From: Planctomycetota bacterium
Lineage (GTDB): Bacteria; Planctomycetota; B15-G4
Assembly: GCA_965248575.1 (NCBI GenBank)
Contig: CBDFJQ010000002.1
Location: forward strand, 3,552,001-3,616,000
Reading direction: 5' to 3'
Length of the DNA: 64,000 nt
Position numbers and translations under genes: made by a program. Positions 1-10,031 of this stretch are shown here, piece by piece; the stretch's first letter is position 1, and each line of letters starts with the position of its first letter. The notes below the pieces were generated by a model. The model saw only the letters and a program-made list of their open reading frames with translations. It was not told the origin of the DNA and did no database searches.

Positions 1-2
1 TG

Positions 3-1946
3 GTGGCGCGCCTGGGGAGCGTTCCGGCCGGGGCTGATGTTCGCCTGGGATTGGTGCGTTGCGAGCCGACCGACGACACGGTTGCCCAAGTCAGCCTCGG
101 GGGCGACGAGGAGCGCTACGCACATGTTGGAAAGCCCATCGACCCCTCTCTTGCCAGTGGGTCAGGAGAGGAAGGAGCAGACACGTCCAGCGAACTGAGC
201 TGGGGCTCATTGTCCTCTGGAGCCTGGCAACTGGTGGCCCTTGAAGGTTCGACCCATGTGCCGGCCGGAGCCTCTGGCATGCCCGTGTGGGTCCGGGCGG
301 AAGACACCACCATCCTCATGGTCGATCTCGTCCGCAACGGAGCGATCCGTTGCCGAGTGCTGCTTCCTGATGACGAGGCCGTGCCGGGAGCGGATGTCCG
401 TCTCTTTGGCCCGCTCGACCCGGGCATCGACCTCGCCGTCATCGACCCCGGGGATCTCGTGGGCTTGCGGGCCAGCCGACTCCTCACCGATGAAGGTGGT
501 CTGTTCAGGATGGATGGGCTTGCAGTGGGAGCGAGCTACGGAGTGCACGCCTGGACGGAAGAGGGCGTCTGGGCGACGGGCGTGCTGCGTGCCCAGCCGC
601 CGGGTTCCGAGGCCGAGGTCCTGAGGGCGACCGCTCCGCACCGCGTGAACGTCCTGGTGCAGGAGAGCGGAACGGGGAAACCGATCGCCAACGCCCAAGT
701 GCTCGTCATGGACGATGCGCTGAACCGCTTGAGGGGGCTGACCCGCGAGCAGTGCCTGACCCAGCCCCTGCGCACGGCGGAGGTCACGGATGAGCGGGGT
801 CTGACCACCCTGACTGCGGAGCTGGGCTCATGGCTCTTCGTGGCGGATGAGCAGCACGATCTCGGCGTCTTGCAGGTCACCGAGACGGTGGTTGCCTCGG
901 ACCCGGCGCTGGTGGTGTTGGACGTTCTCGGCAGCGACATCGTGCGTGTCACGACCTCGGCCGGCTGGCCGGTGGCGGGTGCTCGCATCGAGGCAAGGCT
1001 CCAGGGGGGGAAGGGGGTTCAAAGCGTCACGAAGGCGCTGAACATCGTGGCGAGCGATGCCCGAGGGGAGTTCCGGGTCTCGGAATTGGGCAAGCTCCCC
1101 GAAGCGGCCTGGGGCAACCTGAATCTCTTCGCCACCCACGAGACGGAGGGGTCGGGCGGCGTGGCATTGAACATGAGCTGGTTTCTGGACGGTGTGCGCG
1201 GCCTGCCGAAGACCATCGTGCTTCGCAAGCCAGGCGCGCTGCAGATCGATGTGGAGACGGCGGGTTGGAGCACGCCTGCACCAGGCGTCGACGACCCCCG
1301 TCATGATCGGGCAGGCCTCGACGAGCAGGCTGCCAAGGATCACTTGCTCCGGCTCAAGCTCACCTATCTGGGGAGCCACGCTCCCCGCATGGAATTGAGC
1401 GCGCAGAACGGGATCCTGAAGACCGTCGACATCGATGCATGGGAGCAAGGGCTCCCTGAAACCCGCTTCGAGAACCTGGAGCCGGGTTATTACGCCGTCG
1501 AGATCCAGTCCATTGCCCGGGGGGTCCTGTTCGTGACGCCCGCCCTCCGCGTGTTCCCAGGGGAGACCACCCACTACTGGGTGGCTTCGCCGAGGCCCGA
1601 GCTGCACGCTGGGGTGACCCTTGAGGTGGATCCCCTGCTTGTCGGGGCGAGTTCCGATTTCGTGACACTGCTCCCGGAGGGTGGGCCGGTGCTCCAGGCC
1701 GCGACCCCGGGGATCATGTCTCCGGAAGCGGGGTTGAGCGACCGTCGAGCCAACTTCGATGCGGCCGGCCACGCCAGCTTCGTCCTCGTGCGCCCAGGGC
1801 GCTACATGATCGGGTTCGGCGTGAAGAAGGAGGACGGCGGCATCCAGTGGCATCAGACCGCCACTTTCCAGCTCGGGCCGGGCGACGAGCGCCATCTGAC
1901 CGAGGTCGCTCCCCAGGCGGCGCCGTTCGGCGTCGTCGTCTACTAG
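3..1946 (+). CDS. Large protein with repeated carboxypeptidase-regulatory-like (transthyretin/Ig-like) domains, 5'-truncated by window
   Basis: Open from the window edge; repeated GAxVxL ... TDxxGxF units (TDEGGLFRMDGL, TDERGLTTL, SDARGEFRV, FDAAGHASF..PGRY). Confidence 0.6.
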   Translation: MARLGSVPAGADVRLGLVRCEPTDDTVAQVSLGGDEERYAHVGKPIDPSLASGSGEEGADTSSELSWGSLSSGAWQLVALEGSTHVPAGASGMPVWVRAEDTTILMVDLVRNGAIRCRVLLPDDEAVPGADVRLFGPLDPGIDLAVIDPGDLVGLRASRLLTDEGGLFRMDGLAVGASYGVHAWTEEGVWATGVLRAQPPGSEAEVLRATAPHRVNVLVQESGTGKPIANAQVLVMDDALNRLRGLTREQCLTQPLRTAEVTDERGLTTLTAELGSWLFVADEQHDLGVLQVTETVVASDPALVVLDVLGSDIVRVTTSAGWPVAGARIEARLQGGKGVQSVTKALNIVASDARGEFRVSELGKLPEAAWGNLNLFATHETEGSGGVALNMSWFLDGVRGLPKTIVLRKPGALQIDVETAGWSTPAPGVDDPRHDRAGLDEQAAKDHLLRLKLTYLGSHAPRMELSAQNGILKTVDIDAWEQGLPETRFENLEPGYYAVEIQSIARGVLFVTPALRVFPGETTHYWVASPRPELHAGVTLEVDPLLVGASSDFVTLLPEGGPVLQAATPGIMSPEAGLSDRRANFDAAGHASFVLVRPGRYMIGFGVKKEDGGIQWHQTATFQLGPGDERHLTEVAPQAAPFGVVVY

Positions 1947-1965
1947 TCGCGGGGCCAACGCAGAC

Positions 1966-3447
1966 TCAGGGCAGGGAGGGATGCCTCACGAGATCGTCAG
2001 CCCCGTCGAGCAGGGCGAAAGTCGGAGTCGGCAGGGCGATGGTTGCTGGTTCCTGAGCCTGCTCGTCGAAGAACGCGCGGATCGCTTCGTGCACTTCTGG
2101 GCGATCGAGGAGGGAGTCGTGGCCACCGTTCTCGACCAGCAGGTGTTGGGCCTGGGAGAAGCCGCGCATGGCATCCGTGGCTCGCTCGGGGGGTGTGTTG
2201 GCGTCGAGACTCCCGCTCACGAACAAGCTGGGGACGTCGCTCTCGACCGGCTTGCGGAACTCGTCGCCGAGGTCCTGCACCCCGAAGGCGGCGTCGATCT
2301 CTGGCGAGAAGAGGCAACGAACCATGCCGAAGGGGCTACTCATGGCTTGAGAGCGGATCATCGCCCAGCGCTCTGCCGTGGCGCCCGAAGACCCGCGATT
2401 GATGAACAGCACCGCTGGCCAGTCCGACATCTGCCGGTAGCGCCGGCGTACGAACCAGCTGACCGTGTCGGTCCGCCCCTGCTCGAGCTCGTGTACCAGG
2501 CGCGGGAACACCACAAAGTCCGCAGGGTCCCCCAGATCGAGCAGCAGGATGAACTGCAGCCCGTAGCGGCCCAGGCTCAAGGTCAGCTGCTCGCCGCTGC
2601 TCGGGTGTGCGACCGGTATCTCGAGGGGCTGCTGCTCCAGACGCTTCAACAACGCGACGATGCGCTCGAAGAGGTTGGGCATGGCCTTTCCGATGCGTGA
2701 GTCGGCCGCGGCAAGGGCTGACACCTGGCGCAAGGACTGGTCGAGGCGAGCAGGCAGGGCGTGGATGTCGTTGGGCCCGGCAGTCCCCAGGGAGGCGAAG
2801 TGGGCCACCCGCTCGGGATGCTGGCGCAGGTACTCCAGGCCCAGGTGGGCGCCGCCGCTGTGCCCGATGATGTCGAAGGTGTCGTAGCCTAGCGCTGCGC
2901 GCAGGGCTTCGATGTCCCGCGCGCTTTCGCGGGTGTTGAAGGCGCTGAGGTGGACGCCTCGCTGTTCGGCGAAGGCCCGGATGGCTGTGGCCGTTTGGAG
3001 CGCGTGGTCCAGGGCCTGCGCCGTGTTGCCGAAGAGTCGCTCGGCGCGAAAGCCCTCGCCACTCCACATGAGGCGTGGTTCAGACTGACCGCATCCCCGC
3101 TGGTCGAGCAGGACGACGTCTGCGGACTTCAGGTGCTCCTCCCAGAGCGGCGAGTCGCGCATGGCCGTGGCTGAGCCGGGGATTCCGTTGAGGAAGAACA
3201 CCGGCGGCCCCGGTTCCGGAGCCCCGCTCCTGAGGACCACGAAGGCCAGCTGCAAGGAGCCTGCCTCGGGCTGCTCATGAAACTGCGGAACCTCGAGGGT
3301 GCCGCGGCTGGCTTCATAGACGCTGGGGGTCAAGGTGGTCATGGAGACCTTGGCCGGGCTGGGCGCTTTCTGCCCCAGGACCTGGCAAGTAACCAGGCCG
3401 GCTCCAAGCAGCGCGAAGACTCGCAGGTATGCCGGGCCCCTGGGCAT
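1966..3447 (-). CDS. Secreted alpha/beta hydrolase (TAP/tripeptidyl-peptidase-like)
   Basis: Signal peptide; NGIPG oxyanion loop, DQRGCG, GHSGG nucleophile elbow, D and H (GGH) triad; ATG overlaps the TetR stop (TGATG). Confidence 0.85.
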   Translation of the reverse strand: MPRGPAYLRVFALLGAGLVTCQVLGQKAPSPAKVSMTTLTPSVYEASRGTLEVPQFHEQPEAGSLQLAFVVLRSGAPEPGPPVFFLNGIPGSATAMRDSPLWEEHLKSADVVLLDQRGCGQSEPRLMWSGEGFRAERLFGNTAQALDHALQTATAIRAFAEQRGVHLSAFNTRESARDIEALRAALGYDTFDIIGHSGGAHLGLEYLRQHPERVAHFASLGTAGPNDIHALPARLDQSLRQVSALAAADSRIGKAMPNLFERIVALLKRLEQQPLEIPVAHPSSGEQLTLSLGRYGLQFILLLDLGDPADFVVFPRLVHELEQGRTDTVSWFVRRRYRQMSDWPAVLFINRGSSGATAERWAMIRSQAMSSPFGMVRCLFSPEIDAAFGVQDLGDEFRKPVESDVPSLFVSGSLDANTPPERATDAMRGFSQAQHLLVENGGHDSLLDRPEVHEAIRAFFDEQAQEPATIALPTPTFALLDGADDLVRHPSLP

Positions 3448-4112
3448 CAAATGCCTGAGAGGTCGAAGGTGTCGACCGGCTTCAACAACCCAACCACCAT
3501 CCGCGTGACGTCCTGGAGCAACTGGGGAGTGCTCTGCTCGCTGGTCCTGGCGTGGGCGCCCTCGGAGAACAGCAGCCGCTCGCGGCAGATGGACGCGGCG
3601 CCGAAGACGGCGGCCTGCACCGCCCGTTCCGGTTCGTCGTGCGTCATCTCTTCGCGATGCTCAAGCAGGGCCTCCATCAGGAAGCCGTGCTGTGCAGCGC
3701 GCTGATCCATGACGTGCGCCTCTTGTTCCTCGGGGTGGTTGCGCACGTAAAGCGCCAAGGCGCGCAGGAGATGGCGGCGCGACTGGAAGGTGTCGATCAG
3801 GTAGCGGGTGACCCAGGCTGCGGCGCGCACGAGATCGCTCGGCGGCGCCCCCTGCCGTGCGCGCCATTCGTCGACCCAATCCGGCATGCCCGAGTCGTAG
3901 CGGGCGTAGAGCCCAGCCAAGAGGGACTGCTTGTCGCGGAAGCGGTTGTAGAAGGAACCCACCGAGGTGCGGGAAGCGCGCACGATCTCCGCGATGGAGA
4001 CGCGGTCGAACTCCCGCTCAAGCAGCAGGCGCTCGGAGGCATCAAGGATCCGGTCGAGGGTCTGCTGGCTGCGTTGCTGCCTCGGAGGTCTTACGGCGCT
4101 GAGGATCGTCAT
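3447..4112 (-). CDS. TetR/AcrR family transcriptional regulator
   Basis: PxQxRSQQTLDRILDA...SIAEIVRASRTSVGSFYNRFRDK N-terminal HTH. Confidence 0.9.
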   Translation of the reverse strand: MTILSAVRPPRQQRSQQTLDRILDASERLLLEREFDRVSIAEIVRASRTSVGSFYNRFRDKQSLLAGLYARYDSGMPDWVDEWRARQGAPPSDLVRAAAWVTRYLIDTFQSRRHLLRALALYVRNHPEEQEAHVMDQRAAQHGFLMEALLEHREEMTHDEPERAVQAAVFGAASICRERLLFSEGAHARTSEQSTPQLLQDVTRMVVGLLKPVDTFDLSGI

Positions 4113-4218
4113 ACAAAAATTAGAACACACCTCTGTTTATGCTGCCAAGGCATCCTGTTGGCCAGAGAGAGGCACTGTGGCTTAACAGTGTTTCAACTGA
4201 ATGCTGAGCCATGCGCTG

Positions 4219-4248
4219 TTGACCAAAAGAAGAACAAGGTTCTAGTTT
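4219..4248 (+). promoter_or_regulatory. Sigma70-like promoter (TTGACC-18-TAGTTT) overlapped by AGAAC-N3-GTTCT palindrome, probable TetR operator
   Basis: Motifs read directly in the AT-rich divergent intergenic region. Confidence 0.6.
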
Positions 4249-4317
4249 GTGAGCCCATGCGCTCGTCCTGTGGCTCGATCGGAGCCGGGCGCTGGCCCAC
4301 CCCTTGGACGTCGACCC

Positions 4318-5793
4318 ATGAATCGCCACCCCACTCGCTGGCCCCTCGCCTGCCTGGTCCTGCTCGCTTCGCTCACCGTCGCCCTCTGCGGCTTGCCAGC
4401 GGACGAGATCGCAGGACGCTGGACCCTCAGCCACCGCAAGCCGGGGGTGGTGGAGGTGGAGACCGTGCAGTTGCTGGTGGTGCAAGGGGAGGGGAACGCG
4501 GTCCGTGCCGAGGTCTCCATCCCCGGTGTCGTGGTTCCCTTTGAAGGGACCTTTGATGCAAAGACGGGCGTGCTGGCGCTGATTGCCCACAAGGGCAGCG
4601 AGTCCGCCACCATCGACCTCGTGCTGAAGGACGGTCAGCTCACAGGTGAGGGGGACCTGCCCATCGGCCAGCTGAGCTTCGTCGGCGAGCGCACGCTGGG
4701 CGAACCGGTTGCCCCGGTGCGTCTGGAGTTCGAGGGACCGAGACCAAGCCAGTCAGCAACGCGTGCGCTGTCCCGCACCCTCGCCCGCGAGTGCGCAGAG
4801 AACATCGAAGACACCATGGAGCAGCTGGACGTAGTGGGGCTCTCCATGGCCCTCGTCTCCGACGGTCAGGTGCTCGACGTCCTCAGCTCGGGCTGGCAGG
4901 ACTTCGAACAGGATCTGCCGGCGAGCGCCGCGACCATGTACCGCTGGGCATCGGTCACCAAACCCATGACGGCCGTGGCGGCCTTGCAGTTGGCCTCCTC
5001 GGGCGAACTCGACCTCTCGATCGATGTGCGCAAGCTCGTGCCGGAGTACGACAAGGGGGTCGTCATCACTCCCTACGCGCTGCTGGCACATGAGGCTGGC
5101 ATCCCGCACTCGACGCAGACCACGGTGCGCACGCCCGAGCAGTACGACTCGCCGCACCCCTGGGCCGACCGCATCGTGGCCCTCGACATGTTCATCGAGT
5201 CGGACCTCACCTTCGAGCCGGGTTACGCCTACATGTACTCGACGCCTGGCTACGTGCTGCTCGGGGCCGTCATCGAGCGGGCCGCCGGCAAGCCCTACGC
5301 GGAGCAGGTCTTGGAGCGGATCTGCGAACCCCTGGGCATGACCAGCACCCGTCCGGACTATATCTGGGAGGACATCCCCCAGCGCGGCGTGCCGTACATG
5401 AGCACCGAGCTCGGGCCGCTGCCCACGAACTGGGACGACATCTCCTGGAAGTTGCCGGCGGGCGGCTGGATCTCGACCGTGGGGGACATGGGCCGATTCG
5501 CCCTGGGCCTCATGGGCGACGAGCTGCTCGATGCCGACAGGGCGCGGGAGATGCAGCACATGCGCACGGATTATGGCGAGGGCAAGAAGGGCTACGGCCT
5601 CGGCATCAACGTGGCCACCTACGAAGGGCACCCGGTGATCTACCACGGTGGCGGGCAGGTGGGCGCCTCGTCGTTCCTGGTGTGCAGCCCGGAGACGGGG
5701 CACGCCGTGGCGATCATGACCAACACCGAAGGGGTCGGTCTGTCGGACCTCGCCTTCCAGACGCTGACGCTGCTCATCGACGAGGGGTCGTGA
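4318..5793 (+). CDS. Secreted serine hydrolase, beta-lactamase/PBP-like family, with extra N-terminal beta domain
   Basis: Signal peptide; SxxK (SVTK), YST, PAGG, HGG motifs. Confidence 0.85.
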   Translation: MNRHPTRWPLACLVLLASLTVALCGLPADEIAGRWTLSHRKPGVVEVETVQLLVVQGEGNAVRAEVSIPGVVVPFEGTFDAKTGVLALIAHKGSESATIDLVLKDGQLTGEGDLPIGQLSFVGERTLGEPVAPVRLEFEGPRPSQSATRALSRTLARECAENIEDTMEQLDVVGLSMALVSDGQVLDVLSSGWQDFEQDLPASAATMYRWASVTKPMTAVAALQLASSGELDLSIDVRKLVPEYDKGVVITPYALLAHEAGIPHSTQTTVRTPEQYDSPHPWADRIVALDMFIESDLTFEPGYAYMYSTPGYVLLGAVIERAAGKPYAEQVLERICEPLGMTSTRPDYIWEDIPQRGVPYMSTELGPLPTNWDDISWKLPAGGWISTVGDMGRFALGLMGDELLDADRAREMQHMRTDYGEGKKGYGLGINVATYEGHPVIYHGGGQVGASSFLVCSPETGHAVAIMTNTEGVGLSDLAFQTLTLLIDEGS

Positions 5794-6040
5794 GAGAGGC
5801 CTTGGGCAGCAGCCGCGAGCCCGGGGGCTCGGTCGGAGGTAGGCTCCAGTCAGTCTGAAAACGAGATCGTTGGTGTCGCTCCCAGCGGCCCCCACCATTC
5901 CTGGGATCGCTTATGGTCTTCGGTACTTCCTGAGGGCTAGGTGCTGCCGCGCGGCGCGTTGCCTGCCCTCTCGTTCCCCATGCACCAAGATCGCCGGGCC
6001 CTGCAACCAGCAGGCCGGCCGCACCCGAGGAGTCCCCCCC

Positions 6041-7072
6041 ATGCGCATCCTGAGCGCCTTCGCCGCACTTTCCTTCCTGGCAGGCTCCGCCTTTGCCGGA
6101 GGCACCACGGTGGATTTCGAGACGGAGACCCAGGGTTGGGTTGGACCCCAGGGTGGGGGTGGGTCCACCTTTCTCGATCCCACCGGCGGCAATGGTGGGG
6201 GCGGTGGCTTGCACACGATCTTCAACAACTTCGGTGTCACCTTCCGCACAAGCACCAACTCGACGTTCCTCGGCGACTACACCCAGCACTCCGAGGTGAC
6301 CCTGTCCGTGGACCTCGAGGTGAACCAGGTGGACTTTGGTTTCCCCGTCTCGCGCCCCTGGTTGTTGGAGCTGCGCGACTTCGACACGGCGCAGGGCGGC
6401 TACCCGTACACGAGCGTCTGGTACCTCTTCGACAACATCTCGGTGGCGGGCAACCCGGGCTGGACGACCTACTCGGTGACCATCGACGACCCCAGCTCCA
6501 CAACGCTGCCTGCGGGCTGGGAGGGTTACGGCGATGAGGATGCTCTCGCCAACCCGATCCTGCCCGACGGCGTGACCTTCGCGGACGTGCTCTCGGGCGT
6601 GGACGAAGTGGCCTTGCACACACTGCAGCCGGGCTTCTTCTTCGGCTTCACGGACTTCGACCTGGTGATCGACAACGTCAGCATCGCCTTCCCGGATGCC
6701 GACCCGTGGAGCGACCTGGGCGGCGGCACCGTCGGCGCGAATGGCCCCGACACCCTGGCGGGCAACGGCACGCTCGTGGGTGGTACGACGGCAGGGCTCG
6801 ACTCCACCGGTGCGCCAGCCAACGCCCTGACTCTCGCCTGGTTGTCCTTCAGCTCCGTGCCGTTCAACGCGCTGGGCGGGACCGTGCACGCGGCGCCATT
6901 CAGCAACCAGTTCTTGTTCACGGCAGATGGCGCGGGCGATGTCTCCGTCTCCACCACCTGGCCTGTGGGGGTTCCTTCAGGAACCGAGGTCTGGTTCCAG
7001 TTCCTGTCGGCGGACCCCTCTGTTGTGTGGGGCATCACCATGACCAACGGGCTGAAGGCGACCACTCCCTAA
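6041..7072 (+). CDS. Secreted protein with carbohydrate-binding-like beta sandwich and distinct C-terminal domain
   Basis: GAGGAG RBS; signal peptide ending SAFA; DFE...GW start and IDNV end typical of jelly-roll domains; strong GC3 bias. Confidence 0.7.
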   Translation: MRILSAFAALSFLAGSAFAGGTTVDFETETQGWVGPQGGGGSTFLDPTGGNGGGGGLHTIFNNFGVTFRTSTNSTFLGDYTQHSEVTLSVDLEVNQVDFGFPVSRPWLLELRDFDTAQGGYPYTSVWYLFDNISVAGNPGWTTYSVTIDDPSSTTLPAGWEGYGDEDALANPILPDGVTFADVLSGVDEVALHTLQPGFFFGFTDFDLVIDNVSIAFPDADPWSDLGGGTVGANGPDTLAGNGTLVGGTTAGLDSTGAPANALTLAWLSFSSVPFNALGGTVHAAPFSNQFLFTADGAGDVSVSTTWPVGVPSGTEVWFQFLSADPSVVWGITMTNGLKATTP

Positions 7073-7258
7073 ACTCACCCCAGGCGCATGTCGAAGCGTC
7101 TTCATCTCAAGCAGCGCTTACTTGCGTGGCTTGTTGCTTCTAACAATCGGCGCATAGTCCACGCATATCCACAGAACACTCGTTCCGGGGTTCGGTGGCG
7201 CATTTCCCCCGCTCGTGATAGGGTTTGCCCCCGCGCTGGGGAGCGTCACATCAGGGGG

Positions 7259-8005
7259 GTGAGAGTGGTAGCAGCACTTGTTGCATGCTTGGCAGCCATG
7301 GGCTTGCTCGGGCCGGGCGACCATCAATGGGGAGGCTTCGACGGTTACGTCGGGGACACGGGCCCGAATTTCCATGCGGCGTTGAGTTGCGCAGCAGTCG
7401 GCGCGCAAGCCAACGGATTCGATGTTCCGTCGGTCACGGGCAGCGCGGGCGCCAGCTTCATGGGCGGAACGGCCGTTTATGAATTGATGCCCACACCGCT
7501 CATCGAAGAGCTGGGAGCGTCGCCTTTGGGTGACGACGGCGGCGCCCTTGCCCTGCAAGGCTCACTGCTTGTGGAGCCCGAAGGCGGGGCGAACTCCGAA
7601 TACAAGTCATCCCTGCTCTTCTATGCCGTCTGGATCCATGAGAAGACTCATGCCGGCTACGGCACCTTCTTCGAGAGTTGGTGCACCGCAAACTTGGCGG
7701 CGTGCGCTGCTTTTCATGGGTGCTTGCTCATGCTTGGGCACGACCCATCAAACGGCTACAACCCCTGTGATGAGCAAGACGCAACCGCAGAGGAGAAGAA
7801 GGCGGTTTGCGCTGAATACATGGAGGTCTGTTACGACGACCAGATCTCACAAGAGGAAAGAGATGCCAAGCTCTCGGCGTTGAACGAGCACGCTCAATCC
7901 CTCACCATCAACATCGTCATCTTTGGAAACGAATGTGCCCAGTGCAACGGACCGTTGCCACCGGGCTCTCCAGGGACCGGGGGGATGAACGGATGCGACT
8001 GTTGA
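7259..8005 (+). CDS. Hypothetical Cys-rich secreted protein with HExxH (HEKTH) motif
   Basis: GTG after AGGGGG; hydrophobic N-terminus; atypical codon usage; start uncertain. Confidence 0.5.
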   Translation: MRVVAALVACLAAMGLLGPGDHQWGGFDGYVGDTGPNFHAALSCAAVGAQANGFDVPSVTGSAGASFMGGTAVYELMPTPLIEELGASPLGDDGGALALQGSLLVEPEGGANSEYKSSLLFYAVWIHEKTHAGYGTFFESWCTANLAACAAFHGCLLMLGHDPSNGYNPCDEQDATAEEKKAVCAEYMEVCYDDQISQEERDAKLSALNEHAQSLTINIVIFGNECAQCNGPLPPGSPGTGGMNGCDC

Positions 8006-8898
8006 TCGAGACCGTCCAGGCAGGGCGGGCGACGCGCAGCGCAGTCGCCAGTAGTGTGTTGCTGCTCAGCATGTGTGTGCCGGCCTTTGGCCAGGAACCC
8101 TTGCCGCCAGACATGGCAGCCGCATTCAACCCCAGCACGAACTACGCCGAGCGGATGTATCTGCCGACGCCCAACCCGGCTGCCATCGTGAGGCTCGACC
8201 TGCGCTTCTCGAACTTTGCCAGCAACAAGGTCGACCTGCACTGGGTGTTTCAGGAGCCGGGCGCGTACTCCGGCGTGCTGGATCAGTCCCGTGATGTTTC
8301 GTTTAACCCGACGGCTATTGCCAGACGCGCGGGTTCGACAAATGAGTTCTTCGTCGTTGGGTGGGTGCCCCGAACGTCGCGGGTCATCGTGGAAAAATGG
8401 AGCATTGCTCCGCTTACTCTCACCACGACCGTGCCGCCGACCGGTGCGGCACCGCGCACGGGGCTTTCGGAGCCTGTCATCACAGCCACCTTTGAGTGGA
8501 TCTCCCCGGCGAACTCAATGGCTCCCATTTGGGATGCGGGTTGTTATCCCTACGCCGATGAGCTCTGGTTGCTTGAGTCCGGGCCCGTGACGCGCGTGCA
8601 TGCCCTGAATCTCAGCACCTTGCAGTTGTCCGAGAAGTACTCATCTGATGCAGCAGGGATGGGAAGTCTTGCGGGCCACAGAAGCCTGACGGTGGGCAAG
8701 CATCCCTCGGCTGGCTTCATCATCATCTCGACCAGGAAGCGGCCCTGGGATTCCATGAAGTACCAGGGGCCTTCAAGCCCGGTGCTCATCTCCATCGACA
8801 TCGGTTCGAACGGCCTGCTTGATGTGACGACCTTCGACACCCAGGGCATGCTGGTGCAGCTCTTCCCTCCGCCTTGGGATGAGCACTACCTGGAGTGA
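7993..8898 (+). CDS. Hypothetical secreted beta-rich protein
   Basis: Overlaps previous stop; signal-like segment ending PAFG|QEP. Confidence 0.5.
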   Translation: MRLLIETVQAGRATRSAVASSVLLLSMCVPAFGQEPLPPDMAAAFNPSTNYAERMYLPTPNPAAIVRLDLRFSNFASNKVDLHWVFQEPGAYSGVLDQSRDVSFNPTAIARRAGSTNEFFVVGWVPRTSRVIVEKWSIAPLTLTTTVPPTGAAPRTGLSEPVITATFEWISPANSMAPIWDAGCYPYADELWLLESGPVTRVHALNLSTLQLSEKYSSDAAGMGSLAGHRSLTVGKHPSAGFIIISTRKRPWDSMKYQGPSSPVLISIDIGSNGLLDVTTFDTQGMLVQLFPPPWDEHYLE

Positions 8899-8926
8899 AC
8901 TGGCGTTCGGCGGACTGACGGGTGTC

Positions 8927-9778
8927 CTATGCCTTGTCCGGCTCCTCCAGGAACGCCAGCGTCGTGCCCACGATCCCGAAGGGTGCCAGCAGCGGCAGCA
9001 TGCTGAGCGGCAAGCCCGTGCCCAGCACCAGCCCCCAGTGCCGTCGCGCCCAGCGGGCCCGGCGGGAGCCTGCGTACAGCTTGCGCGCGAGGGTCACGTC
9101 CAGCTGGGCGAGCCCCGCGTAGTACATGCCGGCCACCGCGAAGAGCGGGGCCCCCACGGCGGTGAAGCTCAAGAAAAAGAGCACCAGCAACACGAGCGCT
9201 TGGCGCAGGGCGAGCGACAGCGCCGCTCGCACGGAACGCAACAGGTCCATGGGCAGCTGGCTCCAGGGGCGCCCCGGGTCGTCGCGCCCGAAGTGCACCG
9301 ACTCGACCTTCTCGGAGAGCACGTCATAGAACGGTGAGTTGATCACTCCCGCCAGGAGCAGCGTTGCGAGGGCTGCGGCTAGGGCGGCAGCCATCCAGAC
9401 CAACACCTCCAGCAGCCAACCCACCGCCACCCGGGCCCAGTCGATCCAGGCCGGCCAGGTCTCGTCGAAGTTGGGCAGCAGGTCCGCCAGGTTGTCCACG
9501 GTCCAGTTGAGGGCGACGGCGAAGAGCGCGGTGTTGAGCAGCAGCGGAATGAAGACCCAAGCCCACAGGCGCTTGTGGCTCATGAGGTAGCCGAAGCCCC
9601 GGAACGGTGCGCTGAAGCCCCGCACAAGCTGGGGCGAACCCGGCTTCTGGGGCGCGGAGCCGGCGCTCGTTCCGCAGCGCGAACAACTGAGGGCCTGGTC
9701 GATTGCCACGCCACAGCCATTGCAGCGGGGCCCCCGCAGGTTTGTGATGGCGGATGCCGCTGGGTCGCTGTCGCTCAT
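8927..9778 (-). CDS. EI24/CysZ-like membrane protein with N-terminal Zn-ribbon
   Basis: IPLLLN, SPFYDVLSEKVE motif, several TM helices; CxxC...CxxC at N-terminus. Confidence 0.8.
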   Translation of the reverse strand: MSDSDPAASAITNLRGPRCNGCGVAIDQALSCSRCGTSAGSAPQKPGSPQLVRGFSAPFRGFGYLMSHKRLWAWVFIPLLLNTALFAVALNWTVDNLADLLPNFDETWPAWIDWARVAVGWLLEVLVWMAAALAAALATLLLAGVINSPFYDVLSEKVESVHFGRDDPGRPWSQLPMDLLRSVRAALSLALRQALVLLVLFFLSFTAVGAPLFAVAGMYYAGLAQLDVTLARKLYAGSRRARWARRHWGLVLGTGLPLSMLPLLAPFGIVGTTLAFLEEPDKA

Positions 9779-10031
9779 GGTCCGTAGTCTCCAAGCCGGA
9801 GAGAGGGTCGGGGCGACGCGCTGGGCAGGGGGCTGGCTGAAGCCGCCCCTGGCAGGCGGAGCCTCTGGGCAGTTGCTACCATACGGAGCTTGTCTGCGGC
9901 ACTCAGCGAGCGATTCCCCGGGACCCTGGCAGGGCTCCCGCGCAGGGGCATGGCTCGTCGAAGGCCCAGCTCACTCCATCAACGGGCCGGTTGTTGAGAC
10001 GACCCTCTTCCCCCTTTCAACGGTGACCACC

